From the IMG/VR virus record IMGVR_UViG_2849231242_000001: a DNA stretch of 64,000 nt. The stretch is one strand, 5' to 3'. This stretch comes from a virus. Both the position numbers and the translations under genes were made by a program. Numbering within the stretch: the first letter of the stretch is position 1; every line of letters begins with the position of its first letter. The notes under the pieces are model-generated. The model ran no database searches. It was not told the DNA's origin and saw only the letters and a list, made by a program, of their open reading frames with translations. Shown one piece after another: positions 1-10,713 of the stretch.

Positions 1-3000
1 GCACGCGGTCGATCGACTTGGCAAAGAAGAAATCATGCAGCATGAAGCCATGCTTTTCGTAATCTGGATCGGCGAAAATCTGCGTTTGCGAGAACGGCGG
101 ATTGCCGATCGCCACGTCAAAGTAGTCTTTCGGGAATTTGCGCTTGATGAAGTCGTCATGCAGCATGTTTTGCTCAGGCGACAACAAGCGGGCGATCAGG
201 GCGGTCGGGCCGTCGAACTCCACGCCGGTATAGCGCGAGGTGTTGCGCACGTTCTCGGGCATGAGCATCGAGAACGAGCCGATGCCCATACCGGGCTCGA
301 ACACCTTGCCGCCGGTAAAGCCCAGGCGCTGCATGCCCTCCCACGTCGAACGGATGATGCCTTCGCTGGTGTAGTGGGCATATTGCGAGGACTGGAGCAC
401 CGAACGTTGCCACGCGGCCGGCAGGGCCTCCATGCGGCTGGCCAGGCTGCGCCAGTTTGCTTCTTGAATCAGGCTTGGCCAGATCAGGCGCGTCGGCTCC
501 TGCTGTTTGGAAGAGGCCGGCGGAATTGGGAACAGCTTGTTGCGAATGGTCGAGGCACCAAAGCCGACGTATTTCGCCAGTTGCGCCTGCTCGGCCGGGG
601 TGGCCGGGCGGTTTTCGCCCTCGATCTTGAGGGCCAGTTCGATCAGGTCGACATTGCGCTTGGCCGTGTCGAACCAGGAGCCTTCACGGGTCAGTCCGCC
701 AGGGCTGGGGCGGAAGTCGGCAGGAACTCGCTGGTCACTTCGCTCCACAGCGTCAGGCGATCGGTCGGGAACTGCGTCATTCCCTCGCTCGTGCCCCACG
801 TCTTGTCGCGCATCATCTTGGCCTTGAGCTCGTCCTCCTGACTCTCGAACGCTTCGAGCATTGTCTCGTCCAGCGCGAGCGCGCGGCTTTCCAGCGCCTC
901 GGACGATAGCGTCGCCGCTTGCGGGTCGCTGTCCTTCAGCCACCGGCGAATCGATCGCAGGCGTACTGGCTGTAGGGGTGGAATCATGGTGTTGCTCCTT
1001 CGTTGCCGCTGGCGCGGGAATGGTTTCAGTATCGTTGATTGTTGCCGGCACGGCAAGTGCTGAACGGGAAAGTGCGGTAGCATGCACGGCCTTGGCGGCA
1101 TGATCGGCCAGATCGACGGCCGGCAGGTCCACCGGCATCCAGCGGTTTTGACCCATGGCACCATGTTTGTCGGCTTGGTTGCCGACACGCATCATCAGCG
1201 CAATGCCGGACGGGGTGCTTGGCACCATGCCACGGATTGCTGTATCGCCGATATGCAGGAAAATGCCGCGCTCTTTCTCTGGATGGAACATAACAAGGCG
1301 CACGTCACCGGAACCGGCCACGCCGGACTCGTTGATGCTCACGGCCTTGATCAGCTTGCCCTTGTCGTCCCGGTAAGGTACGAACCCTTGGGCCTGCAGG
1401 GCGCCGGAGACGGCGCGCAGATAGGCTTGCGCATCCTTCAGGAAGGCGTCTTTCAAGCCGCCACGCAGGCCGTAATCGGTTTGCTCATTCTTGCCGCCGG
1501 CGATTGCCGCCCAGCCATCGATATGGCTCACGCCCCAGTCAGCACGCAGGACCTTATCGGTCGCCTGCTTGGCCTTGGGCGCGACCTTGACCGTTTCGCC
1601 GATCGTGGCGTTCTGCACGTTCGTAGGCTGGGTATGCGGCGCGGTACCGGCCTGCTCCATGGCATCGATGTCGCTCGTGGAGCTCATGCCCGTGGTGTCG
1701 AGGCCTGGGTAATGGCGCACGCCCTCGTAGAAGCTGCGCAGGAAGGGGCGCACGGCCTCTCCCAGGTCTTCGACCATCGCCTTCGAGAATGCGGAGAACG
1801 AACGCACACCGGCCTCGACATAGGCGCCGGCGATGGTAATGCCGTCCATCATGAGCTCGGGATCGATGCCGGCATTGATATTGCCCAGTTTCGCCTTCAG
1901 GCGCGCGCGCGCCTTCTCGACCGCGTCGGCGGTAAACAGCTTGTTGCCGGCAAAAGGCGCGGCGGCGGCCGGCGCCTGGGCTTTGGCCTCGAACTGGGCG
2001 ACCAGGGCGGTGCGCACGTTCCCGCCCAGCTGGTCCCATGCGCTGTACTGGCCCTGATCGGCGTCCTTACCGATGCCCAGGCCAAGATTCAACAGGGCGT
2101 GGTGACGTTCAGCCGGCTGCATATCGGCCCAGTGCTTGGCGCCGTGCTCGTCGGCCACCTGCGCGGCTGACTTCTCGGTCACCACCGGCATGCTGGACTT
2201 GTTGACCTTGTCGCCTTTGTTGTTGATATACCACATTGGGGCGTCGAAATCGCCATCCAACGCCTCGCGCACCAGCGCGTGCTCGCGCGGCGTCATGTCG
2301 TCCCACGCTTTCGCGGCCAGATCTGCCCGATCGACGCGGGCCATGAGCATACGGCGCTTGGCGTCGCGCGCATCCGCCCATTCAGCTTGCGCTTCCTGCG
2401 CCGAATGGCGCTTCATATCGTCCGGCGTGGCGCGCGCGGCGCTGTCCTTCTTGGCTGGCGGTGCGTTCTCAGCTGGTTTGTTGGCCGCTGTCTTGGGCTT
2501 GGTCGGCGCTGGGTCTGGGTCAAGGTCCGGGTCAATGTTGCCGGTCGTCAAATCACGGATGGCCTCATTCGCCGCGGCGTCGTCCATATCCATGTAGTAG
2601 TGGTCTTCAACGGCTTGGTTGATTTCGGCTTCGGTCACGCCGGCGGCCACCGCCTGCTCGATCACGGTGCGGTCCAGGCGATCGTATTTGTTGGCGATCG
2701 CCATGACAGGTTGATCATGGGCGTTATTGGCCATGAAGAAGCCGTAGGAAAAGCCTTCCGGGGTGACACTGCGCGCATTTTTGGTAGCCATGCTCTTGCC
2801 GCCATACAGCTTGTGCATCTTGCTGCCCTCGGTCGGCTCGACTGGCGCGACAGGCAGATCGCCGTTAAATCGGCCCCACAGCAAGGTTTTCTTCGTGTAC
2901 GGGTCGCCCAGGTGGTTCGGGTCGAACGACAGGCGCCATGGTGGCAAGCCGCCCAGGCGCTCGATGCGCCCGACGGGGTTTTCAACCGCCCATACGGCCG

Positions 3001-6000
3001 GCTTGAAGTATTCGATGGTATTGAGGGTCTGGTGCACCAGCTTGACGCTGGCCACCGTGCGGCCGTCCGCATCTTTCGCTGCGAAATGGCGGGCGCCGCT
3101 GACGGCGAAGTCAGTACATGGCGTCGCCGCCAGGATGGCGTAAATGTCCATGCCGTCGAAGTCGCCGAACCAGTCGCCGAAAAAGCCGGTCGAGAAATTG
3201 TTCACGTCGCCGACATTGGGGTCGGCCTGAATGTCGAAGCGGTAGACCTGATAGCCGGCCTCTTCCCATGGCTTCGACCATTCGCCGGATAGATCGAACA
3301 GCGACAGCACCACGCGCTGCGCGTTGGCGCTGCGGATGGTCTGGTCCTGCCCTTGCGCCTGAGCGTGGGCCTTCCATTCCGCGATTATGACTTTAGCCTC
3401 GGCGGGCGTCATCCAGCCGTGCTCTTTGTGATACACCTTGGACTTTTCAGCCAGGCGGACCACTTCCCCCTTCTTGGGCGGCTGGAACACGTTGGAGACG
3501 GGATGGTCGCCCGCCATCATTTCCGCCTGGGCGGTATTGAATTCTGTGGCAATCTGGCCCAGCTCGCGCTCGTCGACGCCGACATCGATGTGCTCAGGCG
3601 CCGTCGCCTTGGTGTGCATGCCAGCTTCCGCCGTATTGTCTGGCTGGACGGAGGTGGTAGCGGCCTGCGCTACCGGCGCCGCCGCCGGCGGATGAATGCC
3701 GCGCTTGGCGATTTCTTTCTCAATTTTCGGGCCGCGCGGGCCATCGGCAAAGACGGTGCGCGCCTGCAGCAGCTGCGCATCGCTCATTTCCGTGACCAGC
3801 ATCTTGTTCAACGCCTGCTTGCTCAGCGCCGGCGCGGTGTCAGCCGCTGGGGCGGCGGCCGGCGCCGGTGCAAGTGCGGGCGCGAGCTTGGCAAATGGCT
3901 TCTTGGTCTTGCCGCTGGCCAGCCAGTTCTTGAATTCGGCGACTGTGGTTTCGCTGACATTGCGCCCGCCCGCCCAGTTCGGAGCGTAGTTGGCCTGGTA
4001 GGCAGCGCGCGCCTGCTCGATCGAATCAAAGCCCAGCATGACCTTGTGTTCGTCAAACTTGCCGCTCTCGGGCTGCACCTGGTCGACCATGAACACTTTA
4101 TCGCTGGCGTGGTTCGGGCCGATAAACGTATCGATGTGGTCCTTGTCGGCGCCGACAGTGCCGCGAATGTAGCCATAGTGGTGCTGCATCGTGTTTTCCC
4201 ACGGCTGGCCAGCCTTATCGACGCCGGAACGGGTCGAACTCACGGGATTTTCGATCGAAATGTCCAGGCCATGCAGGCGCACATGCGCCTTTTTATAGTT
4301 GCCGGCTTCTTTCTGGGCATCCGTCGGTGGTGCCACGTCATTGAGCGGCGAGGTAGCGGCGGCATGCGCTGCCACGTCGAGCGGCGCGGCGCTGGCTAGT
4401 ACGCTGCGCGCGCCATTCGACGCCATGGGCGATACAAGCCCCTCGGCCTCCATGCTTTCCAGCATGCGGGCCGCACGGTTGTACCCGACGCGCAGGTGTT
4501 GTTGCAGCTTCGCAATACTGGCATTGCCCGTGGTCCGTACAAATTCACGGGATTGCGCCAGCAAGATATCGCTTTCCTGCTGCTGTTGCTGCACGGGAGC
4601 TGATGACGCTAGAGGGGCGGCGGCCTCGGTGGCTTGTGTGGCAACCGGCATCTGGGCGGTGGCAGGAACCAGCGCCGGCGTGATGGCAGGTTGGGCTTGC
4701 GTCTGCTTGGCCATGGCGGCCACGTAGTGGGATTTTTGCGCGGTGCTGAGCTTGAAAATCTTGGTTGAGCCCGGCTTGTGCAGCACCGTGCCGTTCGCGG
4801 TCTTGAGGCGCATGCCGGCGGCGATGGCGGCATCAACCGCTTGCGTATTGGGCGCACTGGGCGCGGGTACGGCTGGCTTGCGTTCCGGAACTGCCTCGAT
4901 CAGCTCATTTGGCGCGCTGGGCAGGGGGGCGGCGGCCAGGTTGGCAGCATCAATTTCCTGGTGGTCAATCTCGTTGAGCACAGGCACACGGTATCCTTCG
5001 CGCTTGAGCGCGGCGGCAAAGGCGTCTTTCTTCCCTTCCGCAGGGATGGCCTCATCGGCCAGTACGGTATCGCGCAGCGCCGCCCGGTTGGACAGGGACC
5101 GGGCCTGGGTATCGCGCTCCACGCGCGTATTCACGTCTTCCAGTACCTGCTGCTGGCGAACCAGGTCGTCTTGCTGACGCTGGTCTTCATCGGCTTGCAG
5201 CATTGCTTCGATTTCGGCGCGCTCGGCTGCATCGCGCTTCTGCGCGGCGGCTTGTTCCGCTGCCAGGCGGTTGGCTTCGGCCGCCTTGATGGCTGGTTGA
5301 AATTTGGCATCGCGCGCGGCCTGTTCCTCGGCCAGCAGGGCATCAAATTCGGCCTGCTGGTCTGCCGGCAGGGTGGTGCGCGCAACGCGCGCCTGCTTGA
5401 GCGAATCGAATTCGCTGACTTCTTCCGGCGTCAGGCGACGGCCAGGTGTCGCCGGCACGGTAATCTTGCCGCCGTCGGCATCGACATCGCGCTGGGCTGG
5501 CGTGCCGCGCCCGATCGTCAGCAGTTCGGCCATGCGTGCGTCAATGTCGGCGAGGGAAGGCAAATCAGCTGCCGGACGTGGATTGGCGGCCGCCTGTGCG
5601 GCCTTGGCATCCGCTGCGGCTTGCGCAGCAGCATTGGCCGCGCGCGACAAGGGGCCGGTATCCGGCAACGGCACCGGCGCCGGCACTGGGGTGGCCTCTG
5701 GCGCGCGATGCAACATGCCCATGCCGGCGCCCATCGTCGCGCCCGTCACCAAGCCCATACCGGCTGCGTTGGCCACGCCCTTGCCGATATCTTTCTCGCC
5801 CTGCGCCACGTTGGTCCACGCCTGTTCTTGGGCGGACTGCGGCATTTCTTCCAGCACGCCCTCGCTGAACAGTTCCTTGCCGACTTTGGCCGCCTTGCCG
5901 CCTGTCAGCGTGCGCGTGCCCGTGGCGATATCGGTGGCGGCGTCGCCCATTACCTTGCCGGCACCAAAACCGATGGCAGCAGTGCCCAAGCCGGCAGCGA

Positions 6001-6657
6001 CGGCCGCCGGCGCGTACTGGCCATAGCTGCGCCCGGCAGCTTGCGCATCGTCGGCGATTTGGCCAGCGCTTTGCGCGCCCTCGGTGGCGCCACTGACGGC
6101 GAGCAGCTTGGTGCCCGCCTTCTCGATGGCGGCCTTGGCGGCGGTGGCGCCTGCCTCGGTCCCCATGCCGCCGTAGGCTGCGGCCGCCCGTGCACCAATC
6201 CCGCGCGCGACCGCGCTGGTGGCACCCATGCCGGCGATCATGCCTGGCAGCGATTCCACGATACTACCCGCCAGAGCGCGCGGATGCGTGAGCATGGCGC
6301 CGGCTGCACCCATGAAAGTATCTTCCTTCTGTACGGCTGCATCTGACGCCTTCTGGTCGTCGCTCAGGTACTCGCCCAGGTACTCGTTCGTCGCCTTGGG
6401 GTCATAGCCGATTGCCCGCATGCCCTTGCCTACCAGGCCGCCTGTGGCCAAGCTACCCAAGCCGACGACCGCCTGTCCCAGCCCTACGACGCCCTGGGCG
6501 CCCTTGATGGCCATATCGCCCGTCGTGCGCATCACGCCGGCGTGCTGTACTTCTTTTTCTGGTGCCTGGGGTGCGACGAAAGTATCGAAGGCGTCCCAGT
6601 TTGGCTCATCGTCGGCGCGGGTCAGGTAGGCCGGCTGTGTTTTTTTGGTTGTGGTCA
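1..6657 (-). CDS. Giant multidomain (polyvalent-type) phage protein, partial (C-terminus beyond window start); >2200 aa in window. Contains a Gly/Ala-rich N-terminal region, coiled coils, an FtsK-gamma-like winged helix, an inorganic-pyrophosphatase-like domain, a C5-cytosine MTase-like domain and an N6-adenine MTase domain. Apparent frame disruption between ~690 and ~1090.
   Basis: No minus-strand frame in 1188-6657 gives a plausible listed ORF, and the real frame has no stop, so it is absent from the ORF table. Manual translation from ATG at 6657 (MTTTKKTQPAYL...) reads as continuous protein. FtsK-gamma-like segment: ESDILLAQSREFVRTTGNASIAKLQQHLRVGYNRAARMLESMEAEGLVSP. Family-I PPase-like signature: ISIENP...HHYGYIRGT..GADKDHIDTFIG. 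C5-MTase PC motif ATPCTDFAVSGA and ENV-like motif AVWAVENPVG. N6-MTase motif I FEPGMGIGSF and motif IV GNPPFS at coordinates 1-400. Third-codon-position GC is high except 690-1090. Confidence 0.75.
691..987 (-). other. Frame-B segment inside the giant gene region (98 codons, MIPPLQPVRL...APALAD*) with strong coding signal and an AAGGAG Shine-Dalgarno. Either a small embedded gene, or a frameshifted (sequencing error, pseudogene or programmed) part of the giant protein.
   Basis: Third-position GC is coding-like in this frame over 700-950, whereas the giant frame (A) has AT-rich third positions here. cgAAGGAGcaacaccATG start context. Frame B stops at 691 (TGA). The MTase-domain coding frame resumes immediately in frame A with no start codon. 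Confidence 0.4.
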
Positions 6658-6704
6658 TTGAATTGTATTTGTTATGAAATGGGATGGGTCTGGCGGAGCC
6701 GGTC

Positions 6705-8594
6705 CTACATGCGCGCCGCGCGGCGGGCCTTGCGTACCTGCGCCAATTGCAGATTGGACAGCGTGCCGGCCTGGCTTTGCTCGTCAATCCACGTGAGCAC
6801 GGCTTGCGCTTCCGCGCGCGGCATGTTCGGCCTGATGGCCGCCAGCTTGGCGTCGAAGTTCGCGGCTACGTCCTCCTGCCGCGCGGCCATGCCGGCGGCA
6901 AAGCGCGAGCGATCGGCTCCGCCGCCGACGGTCTTGTTGAACAAATCCATGCGCTTGTCACGTTCCGCGATAGACATGCCGCCGACAGTAAAAGAAGGCT
7001 TGCGGGCGTCGGTAGGCGCTGGGCCAGCGGTGCCGGCCGCGTCCTCGAATGGATTGGTGACCGTATCACCGCGCCCTTGCGATGGCGCAGACGCTGGACC
7101 CAGCGCGGCCAGCTCACGTTTCAGGGCCGCAATATTGCTGGGGTCCTTCTCCGTTGCCAGTTCTTGCATCAGGATTTGGCGACGTCCATCCTCGCGCGCC
7201 GGCGCGCCGGCGCGGCTGGTGGCGGTGCGCTCTGCCCATTCGGCATCGCCAGCTGCCGCGCGATTCGGCGAGGGTGCCGCCAGTTTTTGCAGGGCATCAC
7301 TGCGCAACTGGCGCAACTTGACCGGGTCACCCTTGGCCTGGGCTTTCAGATTGGCGTCGGCTGTCAGGGCGTAGGCGCTGGCCGTAGCGGCATCGCCACC
7401 ATTCGAGCGCGAGCGCGCCACGGCGACCTGTTTGGCAAACTGCATCCCTTCGCCATCAAAGGTTTTGTTGCCTGACAGCTCATCCTTGCTGGAATACTGT
7501 TCCTTGAGGAAAGTATCGTCTTCTTTTCCCCAGATTGGCGCGGTCCCGGCGGTGGTCTTGGCATCGATGCCCAAGCCCTGCAGGCGGCGTTGTTCCCGCA
7601 TATTGTCGGCCTGGTCGAGACGATAATTCTCGTTCGTATCCGCATTTTGCTGCTGTATCTTGCGGCCGGCTGTGGCATCGGCGCGGCGGTCTGCCATGTC
7701 CGTGCCTTTTTGGGCCTGCGTAATGAGATCCTCGATCTTCTGGTTTTGTACCAGCGCCTGTGCGGTATTGAGGGTACGGGTACTGCCGTCATCGGCCTTG
7801 ACCGTCACGATTTTGGTCGGCAACTTGGTGCCGGCGTGCTCGAATACCCCATCAACGGACGAAGCTACGCTCCAGCCCTTCATATCGCCGTTCTCGTTAA
7901 ACCTGCGCATCGCGCCATCATTGTCGCCCTGCGCGAGCAGCTGAATGGCCTCGTTCAAGCCTTCCTTTGCGGCACTGCTGCGCATCTTGTACAGCACGGC
8001 CATGCCGGGGCCATCGATTTTCCCGTGCTGCATGTCGATTTCCGCACGCCGGATAAAGTAGTCCATCGAGGAAGCCATGTTGGTCAGCTTGTGCGCCGGC
8101 GCTGGCGTCGTCATACCTGCCGGTTGCGGCACCACGGCGGGCGCACCAGGGACCGGCGCCGCCTGTGGCATGCCTTGGGCCTGTGCGGCGCTCAAGGTCG
8201 ATGCCTGGACAGCTGGAGCGCTTGCAGGCGCGGGCGCGCTGGCAGCGGCATTCGCAGGCGCCGGCATCGCTTCGGCAGGAGTCTCCGCAGCGGGCATATC
8301 GGTCTGTGGCACCGCGCTGGGGGCCTGGATGCCCAGTGCGGGAGCGGGCGCGGGCTTTTTTGCTGGTGGGAAGTAATCGGTGTTCAGCGCTTCTACATCA
8401 GCCTTGTACTGGTCTTCCTTCTTCCAGTCGGCCCGCTGGCGGCCCCGCGTTTCCTCTTGAAATGCGGCCGCCTGTTCGCGCCGCGCATCTTCCTTGGTGC
8501 GGCGCTCTTCATCCGCTCGACGGCTCTTCATATCAGCAACAAAACCGTAGCCCTGCTGCATGCCTCCTACAAACCCACCCAGTACAGACGTCAT
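6705..8594 (-). CDS. Putative internal virion/ejection protein (~630 aa) with a glycine-zipper N-terminus and a Pro/Ala-rich linker
   Basis: ORF 6705..8681, with a probable start at MTSVLGGFVGGMQQGYGF (GAGG SD upstream). Lies between the 305-aa protein and the giant gene at the distal end of the structural operon, where P22-like phages keep gp7/gp20/gp16. Confidence 0.55.
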   Translation of the reverse strand: MTSVLGGFVGGMQQGYGFVADMKSRRADEERRTKEDARREQAAAFQEETRGRQRADWKKEDQYKADVEALNTDYFPPAKKPAPAPALGIQAPSAVPQTDMPAAETPAEAMPAPANAAASAPAPASAPAVQASTLSAAQAQGMPQAAPVPGAPAVVPQPAGMTTPAPAHKLTNMASSMDYFIRRAEIDMQHGKIDGPGMAVLYKMRSSAAKEGLNEAIQLLAQGDNDGAMRRFNENGDMKGWSVASSVDGVFEHAGTKLPTKIVTVKADDGSTRTLNTAQALVQNQKIEDLITQAQKGTDMADRRADATAGRKIQQQNADTNENYRLDQADNMREQRRLQGLGIDAKTTAGTAPIWGKEDDTFLKEQYSSKDELSGNKTFDGEGMQFAKQVAVARSRSNGGDAATASAYALTADANLKAQAKGDPVKLRQLRSDALQKLAAPSPNRAAAGDAEWAERTATSRAGAPAREDGRRQILMQELATEKDPSNIAALKRELAALGPASAPSQGRGDTVTNPFEDAAGTAGPAPTDARKPSFTVGGMSIAERDKRMDLFNKTVGGGADRSRFAAGMAARQEDVAANFDAKLAAIRPNMPRAEAQAVLTWIDEQSQAGTLSNLQLAQVRKARRAARM

Positions 8595-8635
8595 AACTTC
8601 CTCATTTCTCAGTTCATTCAAGCGGTAGCACCGTA

Positions 8636-9553
8636 TTATTTCGACATCATCCCCATGCCCATACCACCCAGCTGCCCCCACGCAGCGGCCTGCGCCGCGC
8701 CAGAGGCAGTGGCCGCGTCAGCCACTTTGGTATAGGTGTTGCTGGCACTGGTGAACTGGGAACCGGCATTGCTATACAAGCCACCTACCGTGCTGGCGCC
8801 GCTGAGGGCCGAATTGTTCGTGGTAGCCGTGGCGTTGACAGCAGCGGAACCCGCCGTGATGCCCAGTCCCGCGCTGGTCGCCTGCGAGCTGGCGAGGTTG
8901 CGGCCCAAGCTGGCGGCGTCCATGCGCTTCGCCTGGCCTACTGTTTTGACGTTCTGGCGCGCCGTGTTTTCAGCGCTGGCTTCACCCAGGGCGCCAGTGA
9001 TCGCCGATTCGCTTTGTGTCACCAGGGCGCGGCCGGAATTCGGATTGACACCCATGCGCGCTTGCGCGCGGGCGGTGGACTCATTCGCCTGGGCAACGTT
9101 CTGCTTGACCGATGCCGACGCGGCGCCGGCAGCGCGCTCTTGCTCTTCCGGTGAATCATATTTCTTGGCATCTTCAACAATGCTCTGTTCCAAGGGACGG
9201 AACGTGCTCTTGTTGTAGGCGTCGTAATCCTTTGCCAAGGCTGCATTTGTATCCATTGCTTCGAGCTGCTTGTTGGTGACTTTTTCAGTCAGCGCATCGG
9301 CCTTGGCAAAGCGAATCTTGTTGTCAGCATCCTGTTGCTTGGCAAACTCCAGCTCGGCATTAGCGACACGCTCCGAGGCATCGGCAGTCCTGTTGGCCGA
9401 CGCGGCGGCTTTGCTTGATGCTGATTTGGCCGCGCTGGCCGATGAAATGGCACCTACGGCACCTACCGCCCCAACCACACCGGCGATCACGCAGTAGAAG
9501 CGCGGGCGGTCCTGAAAAGCGGTGCGCTTGCACCGCACCAGATAGCGTTTCAT
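8636..9553 (-). CDS. Putative virion/ejection protein (305 aa), N-terminal TM helix followed by coiled coil
   Basis: ORF 8636..9553. Hydrophobic segment FYCVIAGVVGAVGAVGAI, then Ala/Gln-rich coiled-coil. Confidence 0.5.
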   Translation of the reverse strand: MKRYLVRCKRTAFQDRPRFYCVIAGVVGAVGAVGAISSASAAKSASSKAAASANRTADASERVANAELEFAKQQDADNKIRFAKADALTEKVTNKQLEAMDTNAALAKDYDAYNKSTFRPLEQSIVEDAKKYDSPEEQERAAGAASASVKQNVAQANESTARAQARMGVNPNSGRALVTQSESAITGALGEASAENTARQNVKTVGQAKRMDAASLGRNLASSQATSAGLGITAGSAAVNATATTNNSALSGASTVGGLYSNAGSQFTSASNTYTKVADAATASGAAQAAAWGQLGGMGMGMMSK

Positions 9554-10012
9554 TTAATCTCCGATGTATTTGGTGTAGACCGTTTCGGTTGCCGCAAAAC
9601 CCAGGAAACGCAGCACCGCGCCGATATCCAGATGCAGCTTCGTACCCGTGATCAGTTTTTTTACTCCACGCTGCCGCATTTGCGACTCGATAAAGCGGAA
9701 CATGCGAATACCCGTGAACCCCAGGCGATACTTCGGCAGGATGAAGTAGACATCTGTGATGGCGTGCAAGGTGCTCTCGTAATGCAGGTGGCCGCTGATA
9801 ATCGCAACGTGGTAGCCCACCATGACGCCATCCTTGCGCGCGGTGACGACGTGCAACAAATCGTTATCACACAGGTGCTGATAGCGCTCACGCGCGATAT
9901 CCAGCGGAACCTTGTCGTGCCCCAGCGCAATTTCTCGCCAGTGCTTGACCAGGATGGGTTCCATTTCCGGCAGCGCATCACGCCATTTTTCAACCTGGAA
10001 GTGAACTGTCAT
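9554..10012 (-). CDS. GNAT-family N-acyl/acetyltransferase (moron gene)
   Basis: 152 aa. GNAT motif A-like KYRLGFTGIRMFRFIE. Local GC is lower than the surrounding phage genes. Overlaps the upstream gene by ATGA (10009-10012). Confidence 0.55.
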   Translation of the reverse strand: MTVHFQVEKWRDALPEMEPILVKHWREIALGHDKVPLDIARERYQHLCDNDLLHVVTARKDGVMVGYHVAIISGHLHYESTLHAITDVYFILPKYRLGFTGIRMFRFIESQMRQRGVKKLITGTKLHLDIGAVLRFLGFAATETVYTKYIGD

Positions 10013-10578
10013 CGTGCCGTCCGGATATCAACAACCAGGTGAATGCGGTCAGTGCTGCCGTGATTGATGACGTCGTGCACTTGTTTGTTGTCGAACCACC
10101 AAATGTCGCCGGATGCCATGTTGACCGTCTCTTCACCTGCGCGGAAACGCGATTCGGGATTCGACTGCAGCACGATATGGAAGCGGCTGTAATATTCGGC
10201 ATGCGCTGGCGTATCGGCATGGGGTGTAATTTTTCCACCCGGCTTTACTTTGTTGATCATGCAGCGACCCAGGCGTTCGCCGCCGACACGCGACATCAGC
10301 CACATAATCAGGGGTCGGGCTTCGCTCAAGATTTTGTAGGCGGGATAGTCGATGCTTTCGTGCTGGTCGATCTGACTCAGATGCGCATCCAGTTCTGCTT
10401 GGGTTTCTCGCACGCTTTTCACAGGAAAACGCAGCATGATGGACTCGACATCACCAAAGGGTCCCTGCGGGTAGTTTCGAAGGTAAGTATCTTCGCGCCA
10501 CAGGTGCGGCTTCATTTTGATCGCCAACAGCAGCGGTGTAACGTCCATGTCGGACGCGATAAGTTGGAAATTATTCAT
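10009..10578 (-). CDS. Aspartyl/asparaginyl beta-hydroxylase-like (LpxO/AspH family) Fe(II)/2OG-dependent oxygenase (moron gene)
   Basis: 189 aa. HxD...H cupin-like segment PHADTPAHAEYYSRFHIVL...VHDVINHGSTDRIHLVVD. Lower GC. Own transcription unit located after the tail-fiber terminator. Confidence 0.5.
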   Translation of the reverse strand: MNNFQLIASDMDVTPLLLAIKMKPHLWREDTYLRNYPQGPFGDVESIMLRFPVKSVRETQAELDAHLSQIDQHESIDYPAYKILSEARPLIMWLMSRVGGERLGRCMINKVKPGGKITPHADTPAHAEYYSRFHIVLQSNPESRFRAGEETVNMASGDIWWFDNKQVHDVINHGSTDRIHLVVDIRTAR

Positions 10579-10664
10579 GCTTTATAGCTCCGGTTTATCA
10601 AGGCGCGCGAACGATATCACCGGGTATCCGAAAACTTAGATTTTTCCGGATGATCCGATCGGGC

Positions 10665-10693
10665 AAAAAAAAACCGCCCTGTAAGAGGCGGTT
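10665..10693 (-). terminator. Rho-independent terminator downstream of the tail fiber gene (minus strand)
   Basis: Minus-strand reading: AACCGCC-tcttacag-GGCGGTT followed by a T9 run (forward A-run 10665-10673; stems 10672-10678 and 10687-10693). Confidence 0.75.
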
Positions 10694-10713
10694 AAAGGTG
10701 ATTATGGAAATTA

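Noticed and set aside
691-1188. ORF 691..1188 (-) as a 165-aa protein
   Set aside because: Its N-terminal ~65 codons overlap the giant gene in another frame and look non-coding. Only the part from the ATG at 987 has coding signal, and that part is reported separately as a possible frameshift segment.
35-6629. Long plus-strand ORFs (35..841, 1082..2170, 2279..3292, 3353..4399, 4778..6346, 6562..7374 and others) overlapping the giant minus-strand gene
   Set aside because: They are Arg/Gly/Ala-rich, have poor third-position GC bias and contain no recognisable motifs. They are typical antisense open frames in high-GC DNA, and the minus strand carries clear domain signatures.
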